This document shows positions 1 through 10,722 of a DNA stretch of 64,000 nucleotides, one piece after another. A program made the position numbers and the translations under genes. The notes under the pieces are model-generated. The model made no database searches. It was not told where the DNA came from and saw nothing but the letters and a program-made list of their open reading frames with translations. Each line of letters starts with the position of its first letter. The stretch's first letter is position 1. This DNA comes from Phyllobates terribilis (taxonomy: Eukaryota): NCBI RefSeq assembly GCF_046119375.1, contig NW_027362765.1:185938001-186002000 (forward strand), in the 5' to 3' direction.

Positions 1-581
1 TATGCTGGTGTGGTTGGCCCTGGGTTCCTCCTAATGCAGGACAATGCCAGACCTCATGTGACTGGAGTGTGTCAGCAGTTCCTGCAAGATGAAGGCATTG
101 AAGCTATGGACTGGCCCGCCCGTTCCCCAGACCTGAATCCGATTGAGCACATCTGGGACATCGTGTCTCGCTCCATCCACCTACGTCACGTTACACCACA
201 GACTGTACAGGAGTTGGCGGATGCTTTAGTCCAGGTCTGGGAGGAGATCCCACAGGAGACCATCCGCAACGTCATCAGGAGCATGCCCAGGCGTTGTAGG
301 GAGGTCATACAGGCACGTGGAGGCCACACACAATACTGAGCCTCATTGTGACTTGTTTTAAGGACATTACATCAAAGTTGGATCAGCCTGTAGTGTGTTA
401 TTCCACTTTAATTTTGGGGGTGACTCCAAATCCAGGCCTCCATTGGTTAATAAATGTGATTTCCATTGATGATTTTTGTGTGATTTTGTTGTCAGCACAT
501 TCAACTTTGTACAGAACAAAGTATTCAATGAGAATATTTCATTCATTCAGATCTAGGATGTGTTATTTGAGTGTTCCCTTT
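1..581 (+). mobile_element. Tc1/mariner DNA transposon, 3' part (runs off window edge)
   Basis: ORF 10-339 has the Tc1 catalytic-domain motifs QDNARPH and WPARSPDLNPIEHIWD. It is followed by an AT-rich 3' flank that appears to end near 581 without a clear complete TIR. Confidence 0.85.
10..339 (+). pseudogene. Tc1 transposase C-terminal fragment
   Basis: DDE-region motifs as above; stop at 337-339. Confidence 0.85.
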
Positions 582-1599
582 ATAGTGTTTTGCTCATTTG
601 GCCAGTCATTTGCTTGTTTAGCTCCTTCCTGCCTATTGGCCTGTGTCCATGCATGCTAAAACCTGAGCTTTTTTGTTTTTACTCAATATTATATAATATA
701 TACATTTTTTTTTTCTAGATGTAGTTTGATATTGTCCAACAATATTAAGACATTAACACTCATTGCCACTTTGAACTTGGAAGATCCTTAAGATTAAACG
801 TTTATATTATAACGACTGATATTACTTTAATAAATGATTCATGTTATACAGTCTCAGTCTTTGCACGGCGGTCGATAAGTAACCAGTCTTTACAGTACAG
901 ATGCATTTTGGTATACAATTTATATTGAATAAAATTACATTTATATTGAATGCATATTCCACCATGTGATGAGAAGCAGACAGATCTATTATTTAGGCAA
1001 CACAATAAAGAGAACAGAAGTACATAAGATGATACATTTATGAACGCAATAATCCCTTTTTCATAAGTGTGTGCGGTATTATTTATAGCTTGGATTTCAT
1101 CATTTGTTTACTACACATTTATCCTGCAGCCGAGCTATAGTAGCTTTCCATTTCTGTACTTTTCAATAATTTTATTATTTCTGTTAATCGGGTGCATGAG
1201 TAGCATTGAGTTAGTTTCCAATCACATTTGTGTTTCACGTCTATTTTTGATCCCTGTTTTTCACAGTGAACACGAAACCATTGTAGTCTGATCATGTTCA
1301 CTGGAGACGTACATTTTTGATCCAATTTGTGAATCAATTTCAAGTAAATTGGTCCATCAAAAAACCTTGAGCCATCTGAGTGTTGTCAGCTTTTTACTGT
1401 AATAGGTAAGGGAAGCTTGGAAATGTTTTTATTTATGAAAACGATGAAAGATAAGAACAGACACATGGACTAAAAATGGAAGAAAATTGGATCTAGCGCA
1501 CGGATGAAAAAAGATCTGTTTGTTATAATTCATTAATACAATACATTTAAAAAAAACAACTTGCGAGTCAGGCTCTATTAATGTAGTAATAGTGATATA

Positions 1600-1614
1600 C
1601 CACTAGATGGCGAC
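1600..1614 (+). promoter_or_regulatory. CTCF-motif match
   Basis: CCACTAGATGGCGAC fits the CTCF core consensus CCASYAGRKGGCRS. Binding cannot be shown from sequence. Confidence 0.4.
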
Positions 1615-1717
1615 ATACCATAGACTGTTCCCTGTGTTTTCAGTTTTGTATCTTGTAAGCAATCCAACAACTAAATGGGATATGGATAGAATATGTCTAT
1701 TAGTTAGAATGCCTTAA

Positions 1718-2225
1718 AGGGAACCTGTCACCTCCAGAAATCTTATTTACCTACAGATGTAGTGGTAATCTTCTGGTAAATAGCATTTTACTCATGTTTG
1801 GCAGTGTAACTGGAAAGGCGGCTACAGGAAGAAAAGTTAGATTTCCCCTGCTGCCACTCGCTTTCAGTCACAGGAGTGGTACAGGGAGTTGTTACCATCT
1901 CCGCTGACTATACAATGAGCACATCTGTAATCACTCCCCGGCAGACTGGTTGACAGCCTGCTATGCACACACAGACTGAAGAGCTGACTGCCATCCAAGC
2001 TGCAGGGAGAGTGATTGTAGTGCAATCATTGTGGAGGCACTGCTGATTAACTGCTTCCTGCACCACTCCTGTGGCTGGAAGCGAGCAGCTGCAGGGATAA
2101 TATAACTTAAATTTCTCCCTGTAGTCACTGTTCCAATTACACAGCCAAACATGATTAAAATGTTATTTACTTGCAGATTACTATATCTGTAGGTAAATAG
2201 CATTTTTGTTGCTGACAGGTTCCCT
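1718..2225. mobile_element. T2/Kolobok-type MITE
   Basis: TTAA at 1714-1717 and 2226-2229; TIR AGGGAACCTGTCA / TGACAGGTTCCCT; subterminal inverted segments. Confidence 0.85.
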
Positions 2226-2581
2226 TTAAATGGTTGAAAAATTAAAGAAATGAACGCAATCTGGCCTGATTCCTGTACTTGTGAAATGACCAGCACACTC
2301 TGCGCAAAAAACAATGTTCCTCTACTTTGGAAAGACACTTGTTTCTATATTAACTAAAAGATTAGTTATGACATATTTTTTAATATGCTTTACAAGAGGG
2401 GACCTAGATAACAAAAGACCACCATGGGGAAATAACATCAAACAGTTTTAGTTGATGTCTGTCAGCAAACTGGAGTCTACCATTTACAGAAATAATTTCC
2501 TGCTTTTCTCAAGCTATGACCAAAAGTAGAGTAATGTGGTACAGGATCCACAATGCCTTTACTCAAATAAGACAGATTTAA

Positions 2582-2979
2582 AGCACCGCGCCATCGTGTT
2601 TTATATTTCACCACTGGAATGGTACTGAAAATCCAATTCTTGTGTCATCCCCTCCTTCCAGCATTTTCATCTGTTTTCACCGCTATTCTGCTCTGTTTCC
2701 TGCAGTTTGTGACCTGCTGGCAGCTCCAGTGTTTCACGGAGCGGTGCAGAGGTCACAAATCAATGTAAGACTTTGAAACCCTCGTTCTGACTCTCATAGA
2801 CTTGCATTGAGAGCTTGCGATGTAGCTTCTGACTTCGGGTCAGTCAGAAGCTGCACTCACAAGATGGCGCCGCAGGTCCGGAGCAACGCCGGACGGTGAG
2901 TATGTGACTGGGGGGCAGCTGACTTACATTTAAAGCACCACTCCAGTGGTGAAAAAAAAACAAAAGTTGAAGTGGCGCT
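2582..2979. mobile_element. TTAA-flanked MITE (Kolobok/T2-like), copy A
   Basis: TTAA at 2578-2581 and 2980-2983; termini AGCACC.../...GGCGCT; internal sequence is the reverse complement of the copy at 3043-3464. Confidence 0.7.
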
Positions 2980-3042
2980 TTAATGTATGCATGGGTGCTT
3001 TAAAAAAAAAAAAATTTCTTTATTATAGTTTTATTTTTTTAA

Positions 3043-3464
3043 AGGATCATTCCAGTGTTTTTTGTTTTTTTTTCACCGCTGGAGTGGTGCTTTAAACATA
3101 AATCCCCTGCCCCTGGTCATAAACTTGCCCTCCAGCGTGTTCTCCGTTTTTCGGCACCACTCCAGTCCTGCGGCGCCATTTTGTGAGCGCAACTTCTGAG
3201 TAGCCAGAAGTAAGAAGCTACATGACAAGCTCTCAATACAAGTGTATGAGAGTCAGAACAAAGCCAGAATGCAGCCCTCATAGACTTACCTTGATCAGTG
3301 ACTTCCGCTCCATGAAACAGTGGAGCAGCCGTTAGGTCACAAACTGCAGGAGATGGACCGGAGCGGTGGCATCAAGAGACCGGAAGGTGAGTATCAGACG
3401 AGGCAGGGGATTTTTCAGCACCACTCCAGTGGTGAAAAAAAAACAACAACGCTGGAGTGGGACT
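3043..3464. mobile_element. TTAA-flanked MITE, copy B (inverted relative to copy A)
   Basis: TTAA at 3039-3042; CTGGAGTGG terminal motif; CCTGCGGCGCCATTTTGTGAG mirrors CTCACAAGATGGCGCCGCAGG of copy A. Confidence 0.65.
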
Positions 3465-4677
3465 TTTATGCGTGCATGGGTGCTTTACAAACATAAATAC
3501 ATAATTTCTTTATTATTATCTTGGGGGATGATGAGCAGAGGGGGGGTGCCTGGAGACTAGACATAGCTACAATGTTCCAGGTACTGTGTTTGTGTGCCAC
3601 TGGCTAAATAGTTTAAGGGCATATTTTAGTAAAATGATAGATCTATAATGCTTATCTATGAAACGCTCTTGTTCTTGCTATACTATAACTTCAATGGAAT
3701 GAGGTTCAGTTCATATGTCCAGTTGTCATCCTTTTGTAATGGATCCAGTAATAAACATAAAAAAATGGATGCCATATGGAAACCAAAGTTTCTGGTTCCT
3801 TTTCAGAACAGACACTTTGGTTTCTGTTTTGCATTAAAGGGGTGGTCGAGGCTTGGGGTTTGCACATTGCACACTGTCAGGAGTCTCTGGGAGCAGGGAA
3901 GCTCTTGACTGGAAGTATGCAATTTGCTTAGATGCATTCACGGGCCAAATAGATATACACAGCCACGCTCAATGGAAGTGAACTGAGCAAGGCTAGACAC
4001 ATCTAGTCAGAATGTGGGCGGAAGTATGCAATGTGACGTAGTGCGCCGGAAGCCCAGGTCTGCACATGCGTGGGGTGCGATTCAGTAATCTGACGCATAC
4101 CCGTACATGCGGGGGCCGCTGGGTCTGCGCACGCACAGAAGTGCAGATGTTGTGGCAAAGCTCGCCAGCTGGCTGTGTTTAAAAAAAATAAAATATGGGA
4201 GAGAGAGCATGCTGCCGCCAGGAAAGGGGTGGGGCCCAAAGGGGGTGGAGCCTCCATATACTTTATAGAGATGGTAAGCTGGCAAGATGGCGGTGTCTGC
4301 ATCCCCTTCATTATGAGTGAGGAGCCGCAGTCACCTGGGCAGCAGCTGTCACCGCAGCAGCAGGAAGAACAGCAGCTGCCACAGCCGCCTAAGCAACGTA
4401 AGCAGCATGTAAAACAACCTGTCCAGCAACGTCGGGAGTCTTCCCATCATCAGAGCCACAGTAGTGGGAGCCGTATGAGCGCCGGCAGAACCGGTCAGAA
4501 AAAATCGGCTCGCGAGTCCACCTCCGCCAGATGGGATCGTTCATGCGAACGGGAACCACCGTCTCCGGTACCCTAGTCTGAACGGCAGTGTGGTGAGTGA
4601 TCTTCATGAAAGTTCACCTTAGTAATGTGCTCTTCTCTATTTTCTCTTTTTCGTTTCTTTCTGTTTTTGGTAGGAAC

Positions 4678-5247
4678 TGTTCACACCGTGCAGTAACTGA
4701 GGCAGTGACCCAAGCAAGTCCAACATAAGCAGCTTTTATTCAGCAAAACTTACAGGTAAACAGAAAGTCCTCCGGTTCGCAGCCGGGTTAAAATAAGTCC
4801 ATAACAACGGTTGCCGGGGGAATCGGCCACCCGGGGCCGCTCAGAGCCTGACGGGTGCAGAGCCTTCCCAGGCGTGGGTTCAGCTGCTCACAGGCCCGCC
4901 GAGCTTTCCTGCTATGCTCCTAGCAGGTCCCAACACTGAACAACACTAATCCTTAATGCAGGGTTTGTAAAGGACCTGTGGCAAGAGCCACTGGAAAACC
5001 CGGGTTGGAGGGAGGAGGCCGCCCCACTGCCTTCCTGTAGCCTCCTCCAAGAAATGAAGGCCCTGCCGGGTTTTACTAATCTGCCTTAGCCAGATAGCCT
5101 GACGAGGTCAATGCTCACCTTCATTCCTGCATTGCAGCCGCAGGTGTGTCTGTGACTACAATGCACTCCAGTGGATTTAATAGGTCTCTGTACACATTCT
5201 GGGGATATATAACATCCCTCGTATACGATCCCAGTCACTGCCTCACA
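4678..5247 (-). mobile_element. Solo LTR inserted in the DIRS element
   Basis: TG...CA termini; 4-bp TSD GAAC (4674-4677, 5248-5251); near-terminal inverted TGAGGCAGTGAC/GTCACTGCCTCA; AATAAA on the minus strand at 4735-4740. Confidence 0.8.
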
Positions 5248-6388
5248 GAACCTAAAAAGATAGTGCACACTCCTTATTGTTGTTCTTAGAACCTATGTAG
5301 AGTTAGCCTTCCCAGCTCCTACGCTAAAAACCGTTGCTCAGGTTGCAGCCAGAAGACTATAGCAGAGAAGTCCCCTAGCTTTTCTATGGACCTGAAAAAC
5401 TTAATCCATATGGAAGTCAGGGATTCCTTAAAGAACTTGACTTCACGTAAGAAGAAAAAGCAAAGATGGGTTACCTCTGACTTACAAGAATCGGTAGAAT
5501 CCCGTATCGCAAAAGAATCATCAGAATCTTTGGATGATGATGGAGGGGGTAGACCATGTTTTTCAGTAGACAATACAGAGAGACTAGTCAAGGCTATTAA
5601 AGCGACCATGGGTATTGCCAATGCCAAAGCCCCCAGAACGGTCCAGGATATCATGTTTGGGGGGCCTGGATCAGAAGAAGAGACGCACATTCCCAGTCAA
5701 TGAGAGGATCAAAACTCTTATAGATAGGGAATGGAAAAAGCCAGAAAGAAAGGGCCAGCTGCCTTCATCTTCTAAGCGGAAGTACCCTTTTGAAGAGGAG
5801 GATGCGGCTAAGTGGGACAAAACCCCTGAAAATTGATGTGGCCATCTCAAAATCCTCAAAGAGATCCACGCTACCATTTGAGGATTTGGGGGCCCTCAAG
5901 GATCCGCTCGATAAAAAAGCGGAGTCTTTTCTAAAACCGACCTGGGAGTCCTCTGCGGGGGGCTCTAAAACCGGCAGTGGCAACCACCTGCACCGCCAGG
6001 TCTATGATGATGTGGCTGCAGCAATTAGAGGACCAGATTAAGGGGAACGTCCCTAGGGATAAGATTCTGTCGGGTCTTCCTCTTATGCAGGGGGTGACTG
6101 CATTTCTTGCTTATGCATCGGCAGGCTGCCAGATCAGCTAACCTTTCCAATGCAACCCGTAGGGTGTTATGGCTCAAGAGCTGGCTAGGGGATGTGCAGT
6201 CTAAATCAAAACAGTGCTCAATCCCATGTGAAGGGGACTTTCTTTTCGGAAAAGCCTTAGATGACCTCTTGGATAAGGCCGTTTTCCTAGTGTATCTGTT
6301 CCCCGTTATAAGACCTCCTTTCGGAAAAGGAAATATAATCGGAGTAAATTTTCCAGAGACCAAGGTAGTTGGAGAGACAAGAAGCTGA
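5248..6388 (+). pseudogene. DIRS ORF1 (gag-like / LAP2alpha-like) with stops and frameshifts
   Basis: Fragments EWKKPERK..KRKYPF, KIDVAISK..DPLDKKAESFLK and RRVLWLKSW..PCEGDFLFGKALDD are typical of vertebrate DIRS ORF1. Confidence 0.75.
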
Positions 6389-6616
6389 ATAATAGAGGCT
6401 TCATGTTCAGGGGTCCATCCTCCGAAAGTAAAAAAAAAAACTAAGTGACGGACCTCCCCAGGTAGGAGGAAGGTTGTCCCACTTCCTTCCCGCCTGGGAG
6501 AAGATCTCATCCAGCACCTGGATTTTAAGGATAATCGGGAGGGGGCTGAAATTGGAGTTCAAAACCATTCCCAGAGACACCGTCAGGATTTCAGCCCCAG
6601 AGGCCTGAGAGAGCAA

Positions 6617-7992
6617 ATGGCCCTACAGCAGGAAGTACTCACTCTGGCCGAGAAGGGGGTTTTAATAGAAACGCCAATACCCGAGCAAGGGAGAGAATTT
6701 TACGCAACTCTCTTCCTAATAAAGAAGCCGGATGGCTCCTTCAGAACCATTGTCAACTTGAAGAAGCTAAACGACCACTTAACTTACAGACCATTCAAGA
6801 TGGAGTCGATAAGATAGGCCATAAAGATGTTGTTCCCAGGGTGTTATATGTGCGTCCTCGATTTGAAGGACGCCTACTACCACATCCCAATCTTTCCAGT
6901 ACATCAACAGTATCTGAGGGTAGCTGTACATATTGACAAGCATATAAAGCATTTTCAATTTGCAGCTCTTCCCTTTGGCATCTCCATGGCTCTGAGGGTT
7001 TTCACAAAGATTATCCTGGAAGTCACGGCACATCTAAAGGAGTAGGATATTCTAGTCATCCCTTACCTGGACGACTTTTTAGTGGTGGGCAGATCAAAAG
7101 AACTCTGTGCACTGGCTCTGGCGGAGGTCACAGCCAGTCTAAATGGATTGGGATGGATCCCAAATTTAGGAAAATTAAACTAAAACCGAGGAAGGTTCAG
7201 TTCTTTTTGGGTCTCATTCTAGACTCAGAGAACCAGACTTTTCTTCTGCCAGAGGATAAGAAATTGAAAATCAATTCCCTCATCTCACGCGTAATCAGCA
7301 ATCCATCCATGACCCTGAGAAGTGCAATGTCTCTACTGGGTACGATGACATCCTGTATCCCAGCAGTACAGTGGGCCCAGTATCATTCCAGACATCTACA
7401 GCAGGAGATCCTGACAGCAGACAAGCAGCTCAGAGGTCACCTGGACGGAAGAATATCTCTTTCAAGTTCGGTAATCAGCTCGCTGGATTGGTGGATGAAT
7501 CCGGAAAATCTATCTTTGGGGGTTCCTTAGTCATTCCAGGTAACAGATACGATTACAACAGATGCAAGCGCAGAAGGCTGGGGAGTTCACCTGAGAGACC
7601 AATACAGGGACTCTGGTCAAACAGCGAGACGGGTCTCTGCTCCAACATGAGGGAGCTGTTGGCAGTCAGAAACGCAGTAGTAGAGTTCAGTTCTCAGCTT
7701 CAGGGTCAACAGATCCGGATAATGTCGGACAACCGAACAACAGTCGCCTATATCAATCGTCGGGGGGGAGCAAGATCCCTTCCTCTGATGTTAGTGACAG
7801 AACAGATCCTTCATTTTGCGGAGAATCATCTATTTACACTCTCGGAGCTGCATATAAGAGGAGAGGAGAATGTAAAAGGCGATTTTCTAAGTCGTCACGT
7901 TTTGAAACAAGGGGAATGGGAATTGAATCCAGCGATATTCCAGCAGATTGTTTGTCGATGGGGGCAACCTCAAATAGATCTGTTCTAGTCAC
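6617..7992 (+). pseudogene. pol: DIRS pol (RT + RNase H), disrupted
   Basis: LFLIKKPDGSFRTIVNLKKLN, LDLKDAYYHIPI, ALPFGIS, PYLDD (near 7065), TTDAS..GWG, RELLAV, SDNRTTVAYINR, HIRGEENVKGDFLSR; ends at PQIDLF. Confidence 0.9.
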
Positions 7993-8946
7993 CACTCTAC
8001 TGGCAAGTAGAAAACCGATAACTACTAGGATCTATGGGAGAACTTGGGCTAAATTTCTATCTACCTCAGGGCAGTCCGCTAAAGGTAGGGTTCCTATTGG
8101 GGCCAACCAAGTTCCTTCAGAAGAGCTTAATCATGGGGTTAGCCACCAGTACTCTTAAGGTACAAGTGTCAGCTCTGGGGGCACTATATAATTGTGATTT
8201 AGCAGCAAATAAATGGATCACTAGATTTGTTAAAGCTTGCAATAGATCTAGACCCATTTCTACTCCAAGGATGCCTCCATGGGACCTTAATCTGGTTCTG
8301 AAGGTGCTAACCAAGCCTCCCTTTGAACCCTTAGAGAAGGTTTCAGAGAAAGTTCTCACCTTTAAGACAGTCATGCTGGTAGCACTAACGTCAGCCCGTA
8401 GAGACCTGCATTCACGCAGGTCTCTACGGACAGAGTAACTTTAAGACCAGACCCTGCCTATCTTCCAAAAGTAGCCTCTAAATTCCACAGGGCACAAGTA
8501 AGTACTCTCCCTTCCTTCTATCCTGACCCTAGGAATTCGGAGGAACAAAGGCTTCACACTCTAGATGTTAAGAGGGTATTAGTCCAGTACTACGAGGTGA
8601 CGAAGGCCAGGAGGAAAAGTGCTTTATTCATCTCATTCCAGGGGGCTAGGAAAGTGCTTAAGGTTACAAGGGGGACCATAGCAAGATGGGTCAGGGACAC
8701 CATTGGTTTAGCATACTCCTCTGGCAATCTGTCAGTTCCAGAGAACCTGAAGGCCCACTCCACCAGGGCGTAGCGGCTTCCTGGGCTGAGAAGGCAGATG
8801 TGCCTATCGACATCATATGTAAGGCGGCAACTTGGTCATCTCCTTCTATATTCTACAAGCATTACCGTCTTGACCTTTTCTCTTCTACTGATCTGTCCTT
8901 TGGGAGGAAGGTGTTGCAAGCGGTGATCCCTCCCTCTGGTGTCTGA
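7993..8946 (+). pseudogene. DIRS tyrosine recombinase, disrupted
   Basis: STLKVQVSAL, PPWDLNLVL, ALTSARR, AHSTRA, AASWA and AATWSS..FYKHYRLD, spread over several frames. Confidence 0.88.
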
Positions 8947-8957
8947 TCTCTCTAAAT

Positions 8958-9043
8958 CTCTCAGGTGGTGCTGTCATGGGAGAAGGGGAAAAGATCCTAG
9001 TTACTTACATGTAACGGGATTTTACAGAGCTCATGACAGCACC
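8958..9043 (+). other. DIRS internal complementary region (ICR)
   Basis: 8958-8980 is a direct repeat of 9236-9258; 9021-9043 is the reverse complement (one mismatch) of the right ITR end at about 9245-9267. Confidence 0.8.
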
Positions 9044-9596
9044 CTATTAATTCCCTCCCCTTTATCACTTATGGTGTGCACTACTATGGGTGTTTTACAA
9101 AGAAATATTTTGGTGGTAGTTGTGTACTAACATATTTTTCGGAGGCCCTCTCATGCTCGGAAACTAAAACTGATGCGGAAGAGAGGTACCGCCTTTTTAT
9201 TCAGTAGGTTGCTGTCCTTGGTGGGCAGATACCCTCTCTCAGGTGGTGCTGTCATGGGCTCTGTAAACCTGCACAACCCTGTAATCTAGTATCAAAACAC
9301 AAAAAGCGAGTCTGATTGTTGCTTCTGCCTCCGAGGTCTCCAGCGCTCCCAAGAATTGAGAGACTGTTGATCATGCTCCCTGCTGCTCCATTCTTAAGCT
9401 CAATTTTCAGGATCGCTGGGGTACATGGAGGTCAGACCCCAATGTGAAGCGAGTCCTCCCCGATCTACTAGATAGACGGGATAACTTTCAAACTTGAGAA
9501 TATCCCATTAAACAAAGTTTTGGGACCAGAGTCTTGCAACTGGGGCAATGATTTGAGGATGCACTAGCATCTTATGTAAATATCATATAAAATTAT

Positions 9597-10709
9597 TGTA
9601 GTGCCGGCGTCCCTGCCCTCTGCTAGGCAGGGACGCTGCTCCCCTCACCGCTCTGCTCCGTGCCCGGCATCTTCCCCCCGCTCTGCTGTCAGCGCGCGCT
9701 CCGTCCCGGCGTCCTCCTCCTGCTCTGCTCTCAGCGCGCGCTCCTTCCCGGCCCCTGTGCTTAGGGCGCGCGCGCGCGCGCTCCCCTCCTCTTAAAGGGG
9801 CCGCGCGCGCCGCCCTAAAGAGTCCCCGGCCAATGGCCGGAGGACTTCATCATATATAAGGCACCTCCTCCAAAATGGAGGTGCCCGAGCAATGTTGTTT
9901 GCACCTGTGTCTCACCTGTGCTTCAGCCCTCAGGTCCCATTGCCAGTTACCTGCCAGTTACCTGCCAGTTACCTGCCAGTTTCCTGCCAGTTTCCTGCTA
10001 GTTACCTGCCTGATTCCTGCCTGAATACTTGTTACCTGCCTGCCTGCCTGAGGTCCGACGGTCTGCCTTACAACTCCGGTCAGTCTGTCTAAGGACCAAC
10101 TTGTCCGCTCACCTGGGAGCGCACATCAGCTACCTGCCTGCTTGCCTGAGGTCCGACGGTCCGCCTTACAACTCCGGTCAGTCTGTCTATGGACCAGCTT
10201 GCCCGCTCACCTGGGAGCGCTTCTCCGCTACCTGCCTGCTTGCCAGCCCGGAGGCTCCGTTGTCACGTGCTGTGACCACCAGCTATCTCAGAGACTCTTG
10301 CCCGCTCACCTGGGAGCGCATCTCCGTTACCTGCCTGCTTGCCAGCCCGGAGGTCCCGTTGTCACGTGCGGTGACCACCAGCTATTCCAGAGACTCTTGC
10401 CCGCTCACCTGGGAGCGCTTCTCCGTTACCTACCTGCCTGCCAGCCCGGAGGTTCCGCCGTCACGTGCCGTGACCACCTGCTATTCCAGAGACTCTCGCT
10501 TGCTCACCTGGGAGCACACTTCTACCATCTGCCTGCTAGCCTACCCGGAGGCTCCGCCATCACAGGTCGTACCTACCCCTTACCCAGAGACTGCCCTGAT
10601 CACTTGCCGTAACTCCCTGTCCGTTCACCCAAAGACTGCCACCCGCTCCCTTACAAGGGCCGCCCCCTTGTATAGTAGCTCAGAGGTTCCGCCTCCCGGA
10701 CCCGTTACA
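9597..10709 (+). repeat. 5' LTR of Gypsy copy 1
   Basis: 1113 bp; matches the 3' LTR apart from one extra 11-bp TTACCTGCCAG unit; CCAAT near 9830, TATA at 9853-9860. Confidence 0.95.
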
Positions 10710-10711
10710 GT

Positions 10712-10721
10712 TTGCTCGGGC
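10712..10721 (+). promoter_or_regulatory. Self-priming primer-binding site (not tRNA-derived)
   Basis: TTGCTCGGGC is complementary to GCCCGAGCAA at 9883-9892, 30 nt downstream of the TATA box; no TGG tRNA-type PBS is present. Confidence 0.8.
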
Positions 10722-10722
10722 C

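Larger units (their letters stand above)
4030..9267 (+). mobile_element. DIRS1-like tyrosine-recombinase retrotransposon, decayed and 5'-truncated
   Basis: Order is ORF1 (gag-like), RT, RNase H, tyrosine recombinase, internal complementary region and right ITR. No left ITR was found, so the 5' boundary is approximate. Confidence 0.9.

Noticed and set aside
1067-1343. Hydrophobic ORF 1067-1291 and an AG..GT pair near 1268-1345 as host exons
   Set aside because: AT-rich bias explains the hydrophobicity; the candidate exon has stops in all frames; no homology was recognised.
4674-4677. Identical GAAC TSD at two solo LTRs (4678 and 36997) as target specificity
   Set aside because: The two LTRs are from different families, and the other 4-bp TSDs are CAAG and AATG; coincidence is sufficient.
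3833-9511. One TTAA MITE split by the DIRS insertion (TTAAAGGGG at 3833, CCCATTAA near 9508)
   Set aside because: The two termini do not match well enough to assign to one element.
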